NCBI RefSeq assembly: GCF_006345805.1
Contig: NW_021831858.1
Location: 1-63,286, forward strand
DNA length: 63,286 bases
From: Octopus sinensis
Taxonomy: Eukaryota
Direction of reading: 5' to 3'
Part shown: one piece after another, positions 12,466-26,770 of the stretch
Layout: each line of letters opens with the position of its first letter
How positions within the stretch are numbered: the first letter of the stretch is position 1
Position numbers and translations under genes: made by a program
Notes under the pieces: generated by a model
The model's database searches: none
The model's input: the letters and a program-made list of their open reading frames with translations, nothing else
What the model was told of the DNA's origin: nothing

Positions 12466-13045
12466 ATATTATATATGTATTATGCATGTGGTGTGGTGTG
12501 TGTGTATGCATGGTTGTGTCTGCGTTCGTTTATATGTGTGTGTGTGTTTGTGGGTTGTGTCGAGTGCGTGTAGATTAATTGCATACAAAATATAGGTTTT
12601 TTTTTGTAGTGTGGAGAGTCTTTTTTAATCTTTAGATTTGACTGGAGTAACACGAAATAATATACATCTTGTCTGATGTTGAACTGAGCGGTAAATGATT
12701 TAAATGGTTTCTCTTAGGCTAAAGAAGCTTTGAATTCCTTATACATACATGCATATACACGTAGATAGACCGATACATATATACCTACATACGTACATAG
12801 AGAAACAGAGAGAAAGAGAGAGAGAGAAAAAGAGAGAGGTCTCTGAAGTTCCAAAACTGATATCTAGAAAGATTAATTTATTTCAGTATATTTTCCCTTC
12901 TCTTACAGCGTGACTAAATTGAAGTAAAACAAATGAAACCAGTATTATATTTTGATAAAACGGTAAATACTTTCTTTTATTCATGATACAGTTCTCAAAA
13001 CAGAACATTTTCGCTTTTAATTCATCATTATATATACACACGTGT

Positions 13046-13259
13046 AAAGCGGTGAACTGGTAGAAACGTTAGCAAGCCGGGCAAAATGCTTAGCGGCATT
13101 TCGTCAGTCTTTATGTTCCGAGTTCAAATTCTGCAAAGGTTGACTTTGCCTTTCATCCTTTCGGAGTAGATAAATTAAGTACCAGTGAAACACTGGGGTC
13201 GATTTAACCGACTACTCCCCTCCCACAAATTTCGGGCTTCGTGCCTATATTAGACAGGG
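13046..13259 (+). mobile_element. Family A SINE, full length
   Basis: Head AGCGGTGAACTGGTAGAAACGTTAGC, B-box, core GCCTTTCATCCTTTCGGAGTAGATAAATTAAGTACCAG, tail. Confidence 0.9.
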
Positions 13260-14127
13260 TTTTATACGCATACCACACGGCATACACACGCGCACACACG
13301 CACAAACACGTACACACATGTACACGCATATTATATGCATATATTTATGTGCATATATATATATGGTTTACAGTTCCATTATAGGTATTATCAACAAAAA
13401 CGGTCATCGATACAGGAAGAGTTAAATATCAAGATGATGTATACAATTACAAAAGGACTACCAATAGTTTCATGCTTTAAGATACTGTAAGCTGGCAGAT
13501 CTATATATAACGATGCCATGTATCTCCAAGCAATCTTTCAGGCTCAGTTCACGACGTTAGGTGTTTTTAAAAACCAGGACGCTGGACTATGAGAAAAGAT
13601 GAAAAAAAGCGAGAGGAAAATAAACGAAAAAAAAACATAGAGCAGGTTCATTGAAATAGTGGAACGAGAAGAAAGAAAAGAAACCGAAGACCTTCGTCTT
13701 CTTTGACTGTAGAAACCATAATTAATGTAGCTAATTCAGAATAATATAACAGAACGGAAGGCAAAGACAGTGAAATAGCTACGCAATCCGGAGCTGGTGG
13801 CGTCCTCCAGTTCAAAGAAAGACATATATCCCTGTGTTTGCATTTGCTAAAAATTTCGCATCTGGAATTCAGTAGTGTGGTGATATTCAGCTTCAGAATG
13901 GACACATATTTCTTCGAGAACCTCTACAAAAACGAGAACGCTGCATATCTAATAATAATTCCCCAATTCACACGCTCCGACACAAGTAGCGGTATCGTGG
14001 GTTCCTCAGCACACTTTTCACTGACATTGAGTATATTTGCGTGTTGTTTGCGAGAAACATTATACATATTCGTGTGTGTGCTTGTATGTGTGTGTGTGCG
14101 AACACGCGTGTATTCCATGTCTGTCTG

Positions 14128-14194
<67 letters not shown>

Positions 14195-14199
14195 CTGTT

Positions 14200-14234
<35 letters not shown>

Positions 14235-14822
14235 ATGCATATATGTATTTATATATGTTTGCTTGTAATTACGTGCGTATGTATATACTAAAACCTATTG
14301 TATGTATGTATGTAGGTAAATATATAAATACCAAAATCCTGTGGTTTTATGTTTATCTCATTTTCCTGCAGCAGTTTACTTTGAAAGGTGCATTTCTCTT
14401 TCATTATTTCCATATATTTTCATAATCAGTGGAGAGGAATCGGTAGTAAAACAATAGGGAGAAAAATTAAGAATACACTATCGAAAGAAATATAAAACAA
14501 AAGAAGTTAAAATACAACAAATGTGATAAATAAAATGGAATTATTACCGGAAATAAATACAAAATTTGAATCGATTTTATTTGTTGCAGAAAATATATAT
14601 TTTAAATGTCTAACAAAATTTCATCATCTAAATGGTTTTATATTTGAGTCATTATCTTCCTTCATTTTCAATTTTATCGATAAAATTCCTTGTTCTGTTT
14701 AGTTTATTTTATTCATTCGTCCTCGTTTTGATTTTGTTTTATGGGGAAGGTAGGGTTGTTATATTATGGATTTTGGGGGTTTTGTTTTTAATAATTATCT
14801 ATTAGATATGTAAAAGGTCATA

Positions 14823-15145
14823 AATTTAGGGAAGGGAATGGTCGGTTGCATAGATGCCAGTGCTTAACTCTTAATTTTTCTCTGTTTTTTAACGAGTATG
14901 AAATGATAAAGAGTAAATATTAATCACTGCTGGATTTGAACTCGGAACAAATAACTGAAGGAGTTGTCTCTCGCTCAATCAACTCCATCGTTTCTAATGA
15001 GACTAATTCTTTCAGTTATAAGTACAAGGCCTGAAATTTTGTAGTGGGCAGGTTGGTTTCGTCTCCCCCAGTACCCTATAGGTACTTATATTATCGACCC
15101 TGAAGGATTGAAAGGCTAAATCGACCTCAGCGGCATTTGAACATC
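14823..15145 (-). mobile_element. Two decayed family A SINE pieces
   Basis: GGATTTGAACTC and GGTACTTATATTATCGACCCTGAAGGATTGAAAGGC..CGACCTCAGCGGCATTTGAAC are reverse-complement core motifs. Confidence 0.65.
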
Positions 15146-15151
15146 TAATCT

Positions 15152-15370
15152 TTTATCTCTTAATTCTTCCAATCATTTGACTGTGACCGTGCCGGCGCGC
15201 CGATTAGAAGTACTTTAGAAGAACAAATCGACCACAGTACTTTTTTTTAAGCCTGATACTTATTCTGTCGGCTTCTTCGCCAAACCGCTAAGTTACGCAG
15301 ACGTAAGCACACCAACACCGATTAACAAGCGATGGCGGTTGAAAAATACAAATACAAAGGCACACACATA
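15152..15370 (-). mobile_element. 3' half of family B SINE
   Basis: CCAAACCGCTAAGTTACGCAGACGTAAGCACACCAACACCG matches family B copies at 49091 and 51394. Confidence 0.75.
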
Positions 15371-15676
15371 GATGAGAATTTCTTACATTGACACAAGAGA
15401 TCAATTTCCGGAGATAGGGCAAAGTACTATACACTAGTCCTTCACTAGTACTTTTTTATATGAAATCTGCAAGAATTTGAGCTCAAAACGTGAATCGCTG
15501 GATGAAAAGCTATTAAACATGATTATTTCTGACAAAGGCACATGACTAGAAATTTATAAGCAGGGGTTCGTTCATTAAATACACTATAATATTTACCCCC
15601 TGTGGGCAATGGAGAAATAAATACACTAATATTTATACTGGATAAATATTACCTTTTGATATTAATGTTGGTTCTG

Positions 15677-15775
15677 TGAAGGCGCGTGACATAGTGGTTC
15701 ACTGTCGCAAGGTCGTGAGTTCCATTCCCGGCGACACGTTTTTGTCCTTGAGCAAGACTCTTTATTTCTGCTTTG
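15677..15775 (+). mobile_element. tRNA/CORE-like SINE head fragment
   Basis: GGCGCGTGACATAGTGGTT...GAGTTCCATTCCCGG...TGTCCTTGAGCAAGACTCTTTATTTC. Confidence 0.55.
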
Positions 15776-15844
15776 TACCTTGAATTTAGGCCATTCTATT
15801 AAAATTAATGATCGTGTTAAATATAGTGTTGTTTACATTTAGTG

Positions 15845-16933
15845 ATGACTCATAAACCAATAACGCGTGATGATATTGAATGCCCCATATTTGGTACTCC
15901 ATGTGATCTTAGCGAGCGAGTTTTGCCAACTTAGAAGGACTTACTAAAATGTGTTTTATTCGAATGAGAAAAAGAAAAGAATGTAGTTAAGAAAGACCCT
16001 TCAATTAAACAAACTGTCAAAATTGTAGCGCAAAATTCTTCTTCGGCAAAAGGCATTCATCCCTTGTGTTAAACTTGAGTCAGTTAAACCAAAAATCTTA
16101 CACGTTTATCTAAAGTACTAAGCATTACTAAAACCTGTGGAAAATAGAAAAAAAATGTACCATCGTTTCAAACAAAGTGTAATGTGTTTAAAAACAATGC
16201 AACAAACGATTTGACATTTCCTGTTGCAAGTGCAACTCTTTTAAAAACTGCAGTTGTAGTAGGCAAAAAAGTACCACAGAGCAAACAAGATTTTTTACAG
16301 GTTCAACGGACAACTCGAAAAGTGATCATTGGTGGAATAGACCAAGCAGTATCTAAACAAAATGTTCAGAGGTTGATTAAAAAGAATCGGCCAGATCACA
16401 ATCGCCAATCTACGTCAGCAAAAGAAAGTCTAAGAGTTTCGGTTACCTTTTGCCAAAGAAGAATTATCTTTCCTGCTACAATCTTGAAAATATGTTTAAT
16501 TCATTTTAATGTGTGTGTAATCTCGGCCGCATGTATCACACATATTCTGTGACCTAGTATTAAAAATAATAAATCAAACAAAGTCGAAAAGTATATTTCA
16601 CATAATTTCGAAATTTTAAGTGCGTTGCGGAGCTTGAAGATAAAAATTTTAGAGATCGAAATTTTTAAAACTCTTGTTTTTAAAGGATTTCACAAAAGAA
16701 AATTAATTCGTAACAATGAATCTAAAAATAAAATGAAGAACGGTAAACGTGTTATAAATTGATTTTTCGCTCATTATTCAAAATTTCAAGTGGGCTGCGG
16801 AGCCTGAAGATGTAAATTTAAGAACTTCAGATTTAAACACAGTTGTTTTTAAAGGATTTCGTAACAAAAGTGTATTCTTGAAAACATATTTCGAAAATTT
16901 ATGTAAAAGGTACCTTTTTTCGCTCCACCCTAA
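15845..16933 (+). pseudogene. hAT-like (probably hATm/hATx-type) DNA transposon remnant: decayed N-terminal transposase plus one terminus
   Basis: Across stops and frameshifts: MTHKPITRDDIECPIFGTPCDLSERVLPT, QKAFIP, RFDISCCKC..CSC, KKVPQSKQDFLQVQRTTRKVIIGGID; about 170-bp subterminal duplication at 16620-16870; end CCACCCTAA at 16925-16933. Confidence 0.6.
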
Positions 16934-17964
16934 TGTGTGTGTGTGATTTCTAAGTAACATAGTTTCATAGCTGCAGTCATTTTCATCAGACTTTTGTTGT
17001 TGGTATAATAAAATATAAAATAATAGCAACGTTTCACGTGATGTGTGATGTTTCTGATATTTTTTCTAGAGCTCTGATAAAATGATAGCAAAACTCACAT
17101 ATGTCGACAAGTCGACATTAGTTCTGGCTTTCTTTTCTATGTTGTAGGCTAGATTATAATATGAAGACTCTCAGCTGAACACAATTTGTAACAAGTCATT
17201 CTCGACTTGCAAACACAGTAACGAATGCTTGCTTTGTATTTTTAGGGCAACAAACAGATTCCCAGTCATATCACACATCAAGTGATTCACCGAATTTTTT
17301 TCTTAAGGCTTCAATATTAGTACGAAAGTTTGCTGCGAATCAATAAATCTAAATTACTGGATACTATTGTAAGGCTACTGTACGGAAGTAGTTACACTAA
17401 ATGTATAATAGCAGAATGTACGGATTATGTTGGCAGCACTTAGGTGGTTTACAAAACAGAAAAGAAACGTCTAACCAGCCATTAAATATACACATACATA
17501 TATACATATATATATATACATGTATCCAAACATGCACTGCATGCGTGCTTATGATCTTCTTTATTCTTCGTTTTGGTTGTAAATATTCGCTGTTGCTGTT
17601 CTTGTTGTTGTTGCTGTTGCTGTTGTTGCTGTTGCTGTTGATGTTGATGTTTTTATTTGTTGCTGTTGTTTTCTTGTTGTCTGATATTGTTGATGCTCTT
17701 TTCATTGTTGTTTTCTATTCGTCCCCCTCCAGATACATTGCGTCACCTTCATCAATATCCTGACGTCCATCTTTAGTTCTGTTTTCCTCCACATCCTCCT
17801 CCTCCTCCTTCTTCTTCTTCTACTTCTTTTTCTCTTTTCCTTTTATTTCACCTTCTTCAAAGCTGTATCTTTCTTTTTTTTTTAACATTCTATCCCTTAG
17901 CTCTTTCTCATTCTTCTCGTTCAGCTATTTTTAATCTTCTACTTTTTTCCACCAGTCTTCTTTC

Positions 17965-17991
17965 ACATTATTATTATTATCAGTATAATTA

Positions 17992-18061
<70 letters not shown>

Positions 18062-18098
18062 CATTATTATTATTATTATTATTATTAATATATTATTA

Positions 18099-18135
<37 letters not shown>

Positions 18136-18170
18136 CATTATTATTATTATTATTAATATTATTATTATTA

Positions 18171-18225
<55 letters not shown>

Positions 18226-19130
18226 TGTTTGTAGTAGTAGTAGTAGTAGTAGTATCATTGTTATTGTTATTGTTATTATTATTATTGTCGTTGTTATTTT
18301 TTATTATTGTCATCATCATCATCATCATCATCAACAACATCATTACTATCATTCTCATTCTACTTCTTCAGCACTCAACCTTTACCTCACCACCACCACT
18401 ACCACCACCACCACCACTACTCCACTTCCTGCATATTTTACTTCCAAACAATGTTATTGTTTGTATCACGTTAACAAGGATCTTTCAGAATATAGAAGCT
18501 TTCTACCAGAGTGATGTGTTTATTTAAAGCTTCATTTCTATAAACATAAATAATATTGTACTTTTTTTTCTGTTAATTCTTGTTTTCTTATTTGCTATTA
18601 ACTTTACTAGACATTGTTTGAAGACATATGTGAGAGCTTGCTTTCATCTTCTTTTTCTTCTACTTCCTCTTTTCTTTTCTTTTCTTTTCTCCTTAACCGC
18701 CTTCTGCACTTTCTTCTCTTCCTTCGTCTCTCTTCTATTCTTTTTCTTCTTCCTCAATATTTTCTTCATCGTCATCTTCTTTTCCTTCTACATCATCATT
18801 TTCTTCCTCATTATTTTCTTCTTCTTCTTCTCCTCTTTCTTTTTCTTTCTCCTCCTCTTTCTTTTTCTTTCTCCTCCTCTTTCTTTTTCTTTCTCCTCTT
18901 CTTCATCAGTATCATCGTCGTCTTTTTCTTCTTCATCACTATGTTCTTCTTCTCCTCATCTTTCTTTTTCTTTCTTCTCTTCTTTAACATCATCATCTTT
19001 TTCTTCTTCATCATTATTTTCTTCTTCTTCTCCCTTTTCTTTTTTCTTCTTCTTCATCATTATCATCTTCTTTTCCTTCTTCCCTTCCTCCTCCTCCTTT
19101 AGCTTTCTTTCTTTCTCCTCATTCGCCCCC
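17965..19130. repeat. (ATT)/(GTA)/(CAT) microsatellites and a long (TTC)-type pyrimidine tract (18620-19130)
   Basis: Direct reading. Confidence 0.9.
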
Positions 19131-20744
19131 CCCCGCTAAGGTTATTATTACCGTCGTTGTTAAAGTTGTTTGTTTCTATTGGTGCTAATTCCTTACTGCC
19201 CCTGTTGCTACTGCCACTAACACCACAAAGGAAACTCTGCCTTTGCTACTAATACTACTACTAAAACCACTAACACTACCACTAACACTACCACTACAAC
19301 TACTTCTACGATTACTAGTTCCATGCACTAATTGCATTACTCAGTCTGTTGATAATGCACCAACACATATTTCTATGAAAGTTTTTTTCTCTTTCTCTCT
19401 CTCTCACTTATTTGTTAGCTCTCTGTCTCACCCATATCTCTCCCTTCCTTGCTCTCTTACACACATACACACACAATATGCTTAACACTTCTCGGGTGAA
19501 CTATAACTAAAGAAATATATAATTCACAAAAGCTCTGTACTTTTTATTTATTTATTTATTTATTTAATGCAAGAAAGAATATATAATACAACAAACGAAA
19601 ACTAAGATTCAACGCGAAATAAAATCAGGAACACAAAAAAAAAAAAAAAACGAGAAAAAGTTTCAAAAATTGCCAAAAAGAATTTCTAAAAATAGAAGAG
19701 TTTTAAAAGACAACGTAACATTTATTGCTTCTTGCCAATGCAACAACTTAAAGTGAAAGCGTTGCATTATTTACTACAAACAATCACAATACATGGTACA
19801 AATCGATGCAAAAAAATGTTTAAAATAATAAATCAATAAACAAATAAATTTACAACATATATTTGATATTATTATTACTACTATTACTAATACTACTGTT
19901 ACTACTACTACTACAATTATTATTATTATTATTATTGTTGTTGTTGTTATTATTATCGCTACTACTACAACTATTATTATTACGATCGTTATTTTTATTA
20001 TCACCATCGTCTTTACTATGTATTTATAACGTGGCATCGAGAGTTTTCCTTTTTACTTCAAAAATAATTGGACACATCTTGGAAAACATGTATGAAAATG
20101 TTAAAGGTGAAAATACTTTAACATTATTAACAGGTCTTAGTATTACCAGTTTGTTGAACGTGCCGATGGCCATCGTTATAGGTAATTTTTTTCAAATTCT
20201 TCACACAAGTGGTTTATACAAGTGTTTGCATATCATTCTAGGTTTAACCATTGTAAATAAAATGATGGAAACATTCTTCTATTCTTTTAGTTTTGCAATC
20301 TTTTGCTTCATTCAGTCAGTGGTCTGCGGCTATGTTGGGACCTCGTCTTGATGGTTTTAGTCGAACAAAACGACCACAGTAATTATTTTGATGTTGTTCT
20401 TTTGTCAAACTGCCGTGGTACACTGACATAAACAGACTGCTGTTTGTTGTCAAGAGAATAGTGGCAAATAAATACAAATACATACAGATACACACGTCTA
20501 TACACAAATATGTATGCATGAATAATTACAAAGAGAAATTTATACATACTCATATACATATTATACTGTGTGTGTACGTGTGTGTTTACAGCTCAGTTAT
20601 TAGTGGTATCAACAAAAGTATTACTTCGTCTTGTGAGAGAAATCATTTAATATACGTAGGCTTCAAATGCGAGCTTCTATAAGAGCAATACCATTGATTA
20701 TACAACGGCCGGAAGAACATTTATAGTGTGCCTTGTATTTTCAG

Positions 20745-20814
20745 GGAATTATCCAGGCTAGTAATGTATCACTGAGGAAAAGCGAAAAAGGCCGAAAACA
20801 AACAAGAGAAAAAG
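20745..20814 (+). CDS. Candidate 70-nt internal exon (GIIQASNVSLRKSEKGRKQTREK, phase 0 to 1)
   Basis: CCTTGTATTTTCAG acceptor, AAAG/GTAAAT donor, only one open frame; no homology recognised. Confidence 0.25.
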
Positions 20815-21538
20815 GTAAATGCAAAAACAAAAATGGAAATGAGAAAAAAGAAGCATTAAAGGAAGGCGGATAAGTGTTGCATCCCCTAGACCCGTAATAA
20901 TTAATATGATTAGTTTAGTTTAGTTAATTCAGCGGGGTAAAGTTAAAGTTTCTTGTAATTCTACAAGCTTATTCCGGAGAGTATTCCAGTTCAATAAGAG
21001 AAGCTTATCCGGATGCTGAAAATTAGTGAAAATTTCGGGCCTAGAATTCAGTAGATTAAAAAAGATATGTTTCGGCTATACAAAGCCTGTAACACTGTGA
21101 CCCATTAAAAGTATGGCTTGGATCATTCTACTATATTCCACTTGATGTTATGTGTTACTATTGGCCTACAGATCCCCGATATCATTAGTTAATTTAGTGC
21201 TTTTCTTCTTAACAACGCGCAGGAACAAGACTTTTTTTAAAGACACTTTCGCATATACCGATATACTTTTTTTTATTGAGTTTTGTTAATTTTTAAAGAT
21301 CTGATGTAAATTCAGCTTCGTAAACTACTGAGTTAACCATGAATGTCTGGTCGAGTGTGGCAAACAAATCTATAGCATTGAACAGAAGTATTGAGCAGAA
21401 TATATCTGGTAGCCCATCGTTTATACTAAGACATAAAATGTACGTTAGCACTGCCAAACAGCTAAGATCAGAGACCATGAGAGTCACTGCCTGGCATACC
21501 ATCAGGGCATTTATTGTTGTTGCTGTTGTTTTTTGTCA

Positions 21539-21748
21539 AGGCGGCGAGCTGGCAGAAATGTTAGCATGCCGTACTAAATGCTTATCGGCATTTCATCTAT
21601 CTTTACATGCTGGGTTCAAATTCTGCCATGGTCGACTTCGCCTATCATCCTTTCGAGCTCAATAAAATACGTACCAGTTTAGCACTAGGGTCGATGTAAC
21701 CGACTTGCTCCTTCTCTGAATTTGGTGGCCTCGTGCTAAATTTTGAAG
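21539..21748 (+). mobile_element. Family A SINE, full length, diverged
   Basis: AGGCGGCGAGCTGGCAGAAATGTTAGC head, GGGTTCAAATTC B-box, core, tail. Confidence 0.85.
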
Positions 21749-21761
21749 TTATTATCATTGC

Positions 21762-21795
<34 letters not shown>

Positions 21796-22325
21796 ATTGT
21801 TGCTGCTGCTGCTGCAGTTGTTTGACGAGGAAATACAAATGAGTAAATAATAAATAATTCAGATACATTTGTAAATTCAAGCGAACTGGTACGAAACAGC
21901 GGTAAAGGGAACGGAATATATGAAGTATGAAGATAAAGGATGTAATGACTTAGAAGCAACAAGAAACGTGTGGAGACGAGAAGAGAGGGAGAGAGAGAGG
22001 AGGAAAGATATACACAACACACCCACCCACACTCACACACACACACACACATATATAGTGAGTGAGAGAGAGAAGGAAAGAAATAATCTGATATGCGCGC
22101 ACACACGTATATGTAAATTTACATATACATGTGTATATCCATGCCCATATGTGTATATAAATACATACCTACATATTTAACACTTATATGTGTATGTATG
22201 TATGTATGTAGGTAGGTAGGTAGATAGGTTGGTAGGTAGGTAGGTAGGTAGGTAGGTAGGTAGGTAGGTAGGTAGGTAGGTAGGTAGGTAGGTAGGTATG
22301 CATGCATGCATGCTTGCATGTACGT

Positions 22326-22486
22326 AGGCGGAGGCATGTTTGTAAGATTAAAAAGTTTGTCATTAGCCACGTAGATTCAGTTTTAGGCTCCGTTCCAACG
22401 TGAGGAAACATTGTAGTTCTGACTCTGATCCAGAGTCGACTTGTGTCACGTGAATGAAATTTGGTAGACTGAAACTGTAGAGAAAC
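22326..22486 (+). mobile_element. Decayed 5' half of family B SINE
   Basis: ATTTGGTAGACTGAAACTG matches the family B motif GATTTGGTAGACGGAAACTGAAAG. Confidence 0.5.
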
Positions 22487-22488
22487 AA

Positions 22489-22904
22489 GGCGGCGAGCTG
22501 GCAGAAACGTTAGCACGCTGAGCGAAATGCTTAGCGGTATTTCGTCTGCCGTTACATTCTGAGTTCAGATTTCGACGAGGTCGACTTCACTTTTCATCCT
22601 TTCGGGGTCGATAAATTTAGTACTAGTTACGCACTGGGGTCGATATAATCGACTTAATCCGTTTGTCTGTCCTTGTTTGTCCTCTCTGTGTTTAGCCCCT
22701 TGTGGGTAGTAAAGAAATAGGTATTTCGTCTGTCGCTACGTTCTGAGTTCAAATCCCGCCGAGGTCGACTTTGCCTTTCATCCTTACGGGGTCGATTAAA
22801 GAAGTACCAGTTACGCACTGAGGTCGATGTAATCGACTTAATCCGTTTGTCTGTCCTTGTTTGTCCCCTCTGTGTGTAGCTCCTTGTGGGCAGTAAGGAA
22901 ATAA
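22489..22904 (+). mobile_element. Family A SINE dimer: head + two 184-bp units
   Basis: Unit starts at 22537 and 22721; junction AAAGAAATAG/GTATTTCGTC identical to 10800/10801. Confidence 0.9.
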
Positions 22905-23334
22905 GGAAGCTGTAGAGAAACCCGTTGTACACATATCTGCATGTGTGTATATTAGTTGTCTTGTTTATTTTCCCCATCTAGTTTTTTCAATTGTTTGTAG
23001 CTATAAAATGATGTCAACCATAAATAAGAATAAGGAATGGTGCCGATATATAAAATTGGCAAAGTTGATCATTGTCGAGCGAATAGCTAAAGAAACTACT
23101 GAGCCATATCACGTTTTCCTCGTGATAGGAAACGTTTTAGGTCTTGGTACTAACAACACATTGTTGATGAAATGTCAGTAAATCTCGAGTAGATTGGTTA
23201 CTTTAGTTTTACAGAACTTATCAACGAACACACAATGTGTATGTGTGTGTCTGTATGTGTGTTTGTGCGTGTGTATTATATACATTTGGTAAATCTCATT
23301 TAAACTTAAAGGTCATAAATATTACAGCAGCATA

Positions 23335-23551
23335 CGAGGGGGTACTGAAAAATTCCTGACTTTAAGGGTATCGCGAAGGACCTGGCTGGAGACCCGACCT
23401 TCCGAGTTCTTTTACAGGACTTTGAAAGACTGAAGGACCGCTGCAATAAGTGCGTGAATCTGAAAGGGGAATAGGTTTGATAGAATCATAGTTGACAGAT
23501 ACCCCTGTATTTTTCTTTTACCCATCCACTAGCACTTTCAGCATTCACCGG
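23335..23551 (+). mobile_element. Mariner-like MITE
   Basis: TA-flanked; left TIR CGAGGGGGTACTGAAAAATTCCTGACTTT, decayed right TIR; homologous to 50637-50817 and 58255-58418. Confidence 0.65.
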
Positions 23552-23649
23552 TACTTTCTTTCGTACTTCGACATACTGTTTTGTTGGTAAATTCCATCTG
23601 AATACTCAGTTCACTGATGTTCGTGTTGCTGCCAACGTCGTCGTTGTTG

Positions 23650-24072
23650 CTGTAGTAGTTGCTGTCTTCTTCTTCCTTCTGCTTCCAATCAGGACTCACG
23701 CCATTTGCCACAAAGAATAATCTCTAATTCGAGCCTACTCTAAGCTACTAAGAATGCGTGTGGCAACTTGAAGATCCACCCACCACACGCGATAGACTGG
23801 CGGTTGCACGGGCGCGAAAGCTACGTTGTTATCCTCATTCCGTAAACGGTGGCTTTTAACGGGTGGAGAGCTGAACTATCCTGGGTTACAGAGGATTCGC
23901 AATCTACACTAGGGTCTGAAAGTTTACCACACCATAGTGGGTTACATCATGATTCCTCTGCTTTCTGACAGAATTAGGAACAAAAAGTAAGAGAAAGCTG
24001 TGGTGAAAGAGTACAGTGGGATTCACTCCACTCCGCGCCGGAGCCTAGTGGAGCTTAGGTGTTTTTGCTCAA
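23650..24072 (-). mobile_element. 5'-truncated family C SINE with a different 3' tail ending in (GAA)/(AAC) repeats
   Basis: 23985-24072 is the reverse complement of the family C body (ATTGAGCAAAAACACCTAAGCTCCAC...GTACTCTTTCACCACA); the rest is unrelated to the other two tails. Confidence 0.6.
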
Positions 24073-24415
24073 TGTTGCTGTTGTTGTTGCAGGGATTTGT
24101 TATTATCTAGCCTTATATAGTTTTACATAAGACTTCATTATCTTATATGTCCTACTACTTTAGGATGGCGATGTGTGATCTTTGTCAACTACGGTTGCTA
24201 TACTTAGCAGATTGCTTGTTCGTTAATCAACGTTCTCGAGAAATTTATGAAAGCTGAATTATCACACGTATATATATCATATTTTTGCGACTCCTCTATT
24301 TTTCTGTGTATAATTCTCTGCGTTAAACACATTTATAGACTAATGCTCATCACATACAATTGTACGTATGCGTATATATATATATATATACATATATTAC
24401 TGTACATATATAATG

Positions 24416-24449
<34 letters not shown>

Positions 24450-24498
24450 TATATATATACATACATATGTATATGTGTGTGTATGTGTGTAGTGTATG

Positions 24499-24532
<34 letters not shown>

Positions 24533-24919
24533 GTATGTATGTATATGTATATATGTGTGTGTGTGTATATACAGTCTGTATGCATATATGTCACCTTTTC
24601 TTTCTCGTCACATAAAAACACTCATATAGACATCTACATACTCTTACTTACATACTTATACATATAGGTGTGTGTGTGTATGTATGTATCTATATATATA
24701 CATATGATGTATATATGTGTGTGTGTGCGTATGTGAGTGTGTGCATTTGTGTGTGCATATATGTGTGTATGTATTCGTCTGTATGTATATTTATATGGAA
24801 GTACATGTGTATGTGTAAACACGCAGAAACACACAGAGAATTCGTGTTAAGATACCTACACACACCTGTATAATACACACACTATACGTAACCAGACACA
24901 CATACACACATACGTGAAG

Positions 24920-24957
<38 letters not shown>

Positions 24958-25645
24958 TTATACAAACACACGCGCACATACGTACACACATACTCATATA
25001 TACATATACATACACATCATAGCTTACTTTACATCCGCCATTTTATTTTACTTGTGATAACGTCAATTTGCCCTTAACGAAGTTTATGAAAACGATTAAT
25101 TAGCATTCAAAGATAATTGGTGATGCTGCATCGTTTATTGATATCTCGTCTTTGTGTTGTTTTGTTCGCTTTTGCATTGTTTGATTATTTGTCTGTTTGT
25201 GAGGATATTTGATAATTTGTACATCTGAAATTACAATCTTTTCTCTCTGTTCTTATTGTAAGTTGCTGCCACTTAAGTATGTAATAACGTAAAAAGTTTA
25301 AAAAACAAAACATTAAAAGAAAAAAAACATAACAGTAGATGAATAAAATATATTAAACGTGAAACTAAATGTTTGAAAAAGATAAAATAAATAAATCTAC
25401 ACACACACACATATATATATATATATGCATATATACATATAGACATATATATGTGTATATATATATATATACATTTGCTTATATGTATTATATGTATGTA
25501 GATATATATATATATGTATATGTATATATATATACACCCATGCACGCACGTATGTAATTACGTCTACACACACAGATATACATATATATATGTGTGTGTG
25601 TATATACATGTATGTGTATGTACATATATATATATATATATATAC

Positions 25646-25715
<70 letters not shown>

Positions 25716-26289
25716 GCGTGTATAGAGACATATGAACGGAAGGAAAACAAATGTTCCTTAATGATCATTAATAATTGTTTACTGCAATCAATTGATGATG
25801 GTTTTTTTTAATTGAAACAGACAAGTGCGCTCATTCATAATATAAAGATGAGATTTCATTGTTTAATTGACACTAAAACATCTTATTTAATTACCAGGGG
25901 CGGACGGATAAAGAGACAACTGGAGTAGAAAATAAGAGCGTAGTACAGTGTGAAAAAGGCAGAGAAAGAGAGGTGGGGGGAGGGAGACGGAAGGAACAAA
26001 TGAAAGAAGGAAAGAAGGAAAGAAAGAAAGAAAGAAATGTTTTGAATGAAAGGTCGAATGAGAGGTATACCTAGACACAAGCACTAAATAAACAATTAAG
26101 CATCGCAAATTAACTATATAAACACACACATACACATACACACGAACACGTACAAGCGCACATACGCACTCATGTATGTACGCGCGTGTATGTATAAACA
26201 CGTACAAATTCATACGAGAACAACAGTCTTGACATAATAACAATATATGACAATACACTTCTGTCTCTTTCTCTCTCTCTTTATCACTC

Positions 26290-26770
<481 letters not shown>

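Noticed and set aside
13745-14070. About 108-codon stop-free stretch in unique DNA
   Set aside because: No recognisable motif, and a few ORFs of this length are expected by chance over six frames.
17246-17281. 36-nt + strand exon candidate; similar short AG...GT candidates at 6933, 12912 and 14372
   Set aside because: The donors are weak and such pairs are common in AT-rich DNA; they cannot be supported without RNA data.
20300-20445. Possible minus-strand terminal exon (VCLCQCTTAV* or SLFMSVYHGSL...)
   Set aside because: The acceptor is A-rich, no frame is recognisable, and it conflicts with the better + strand signals.
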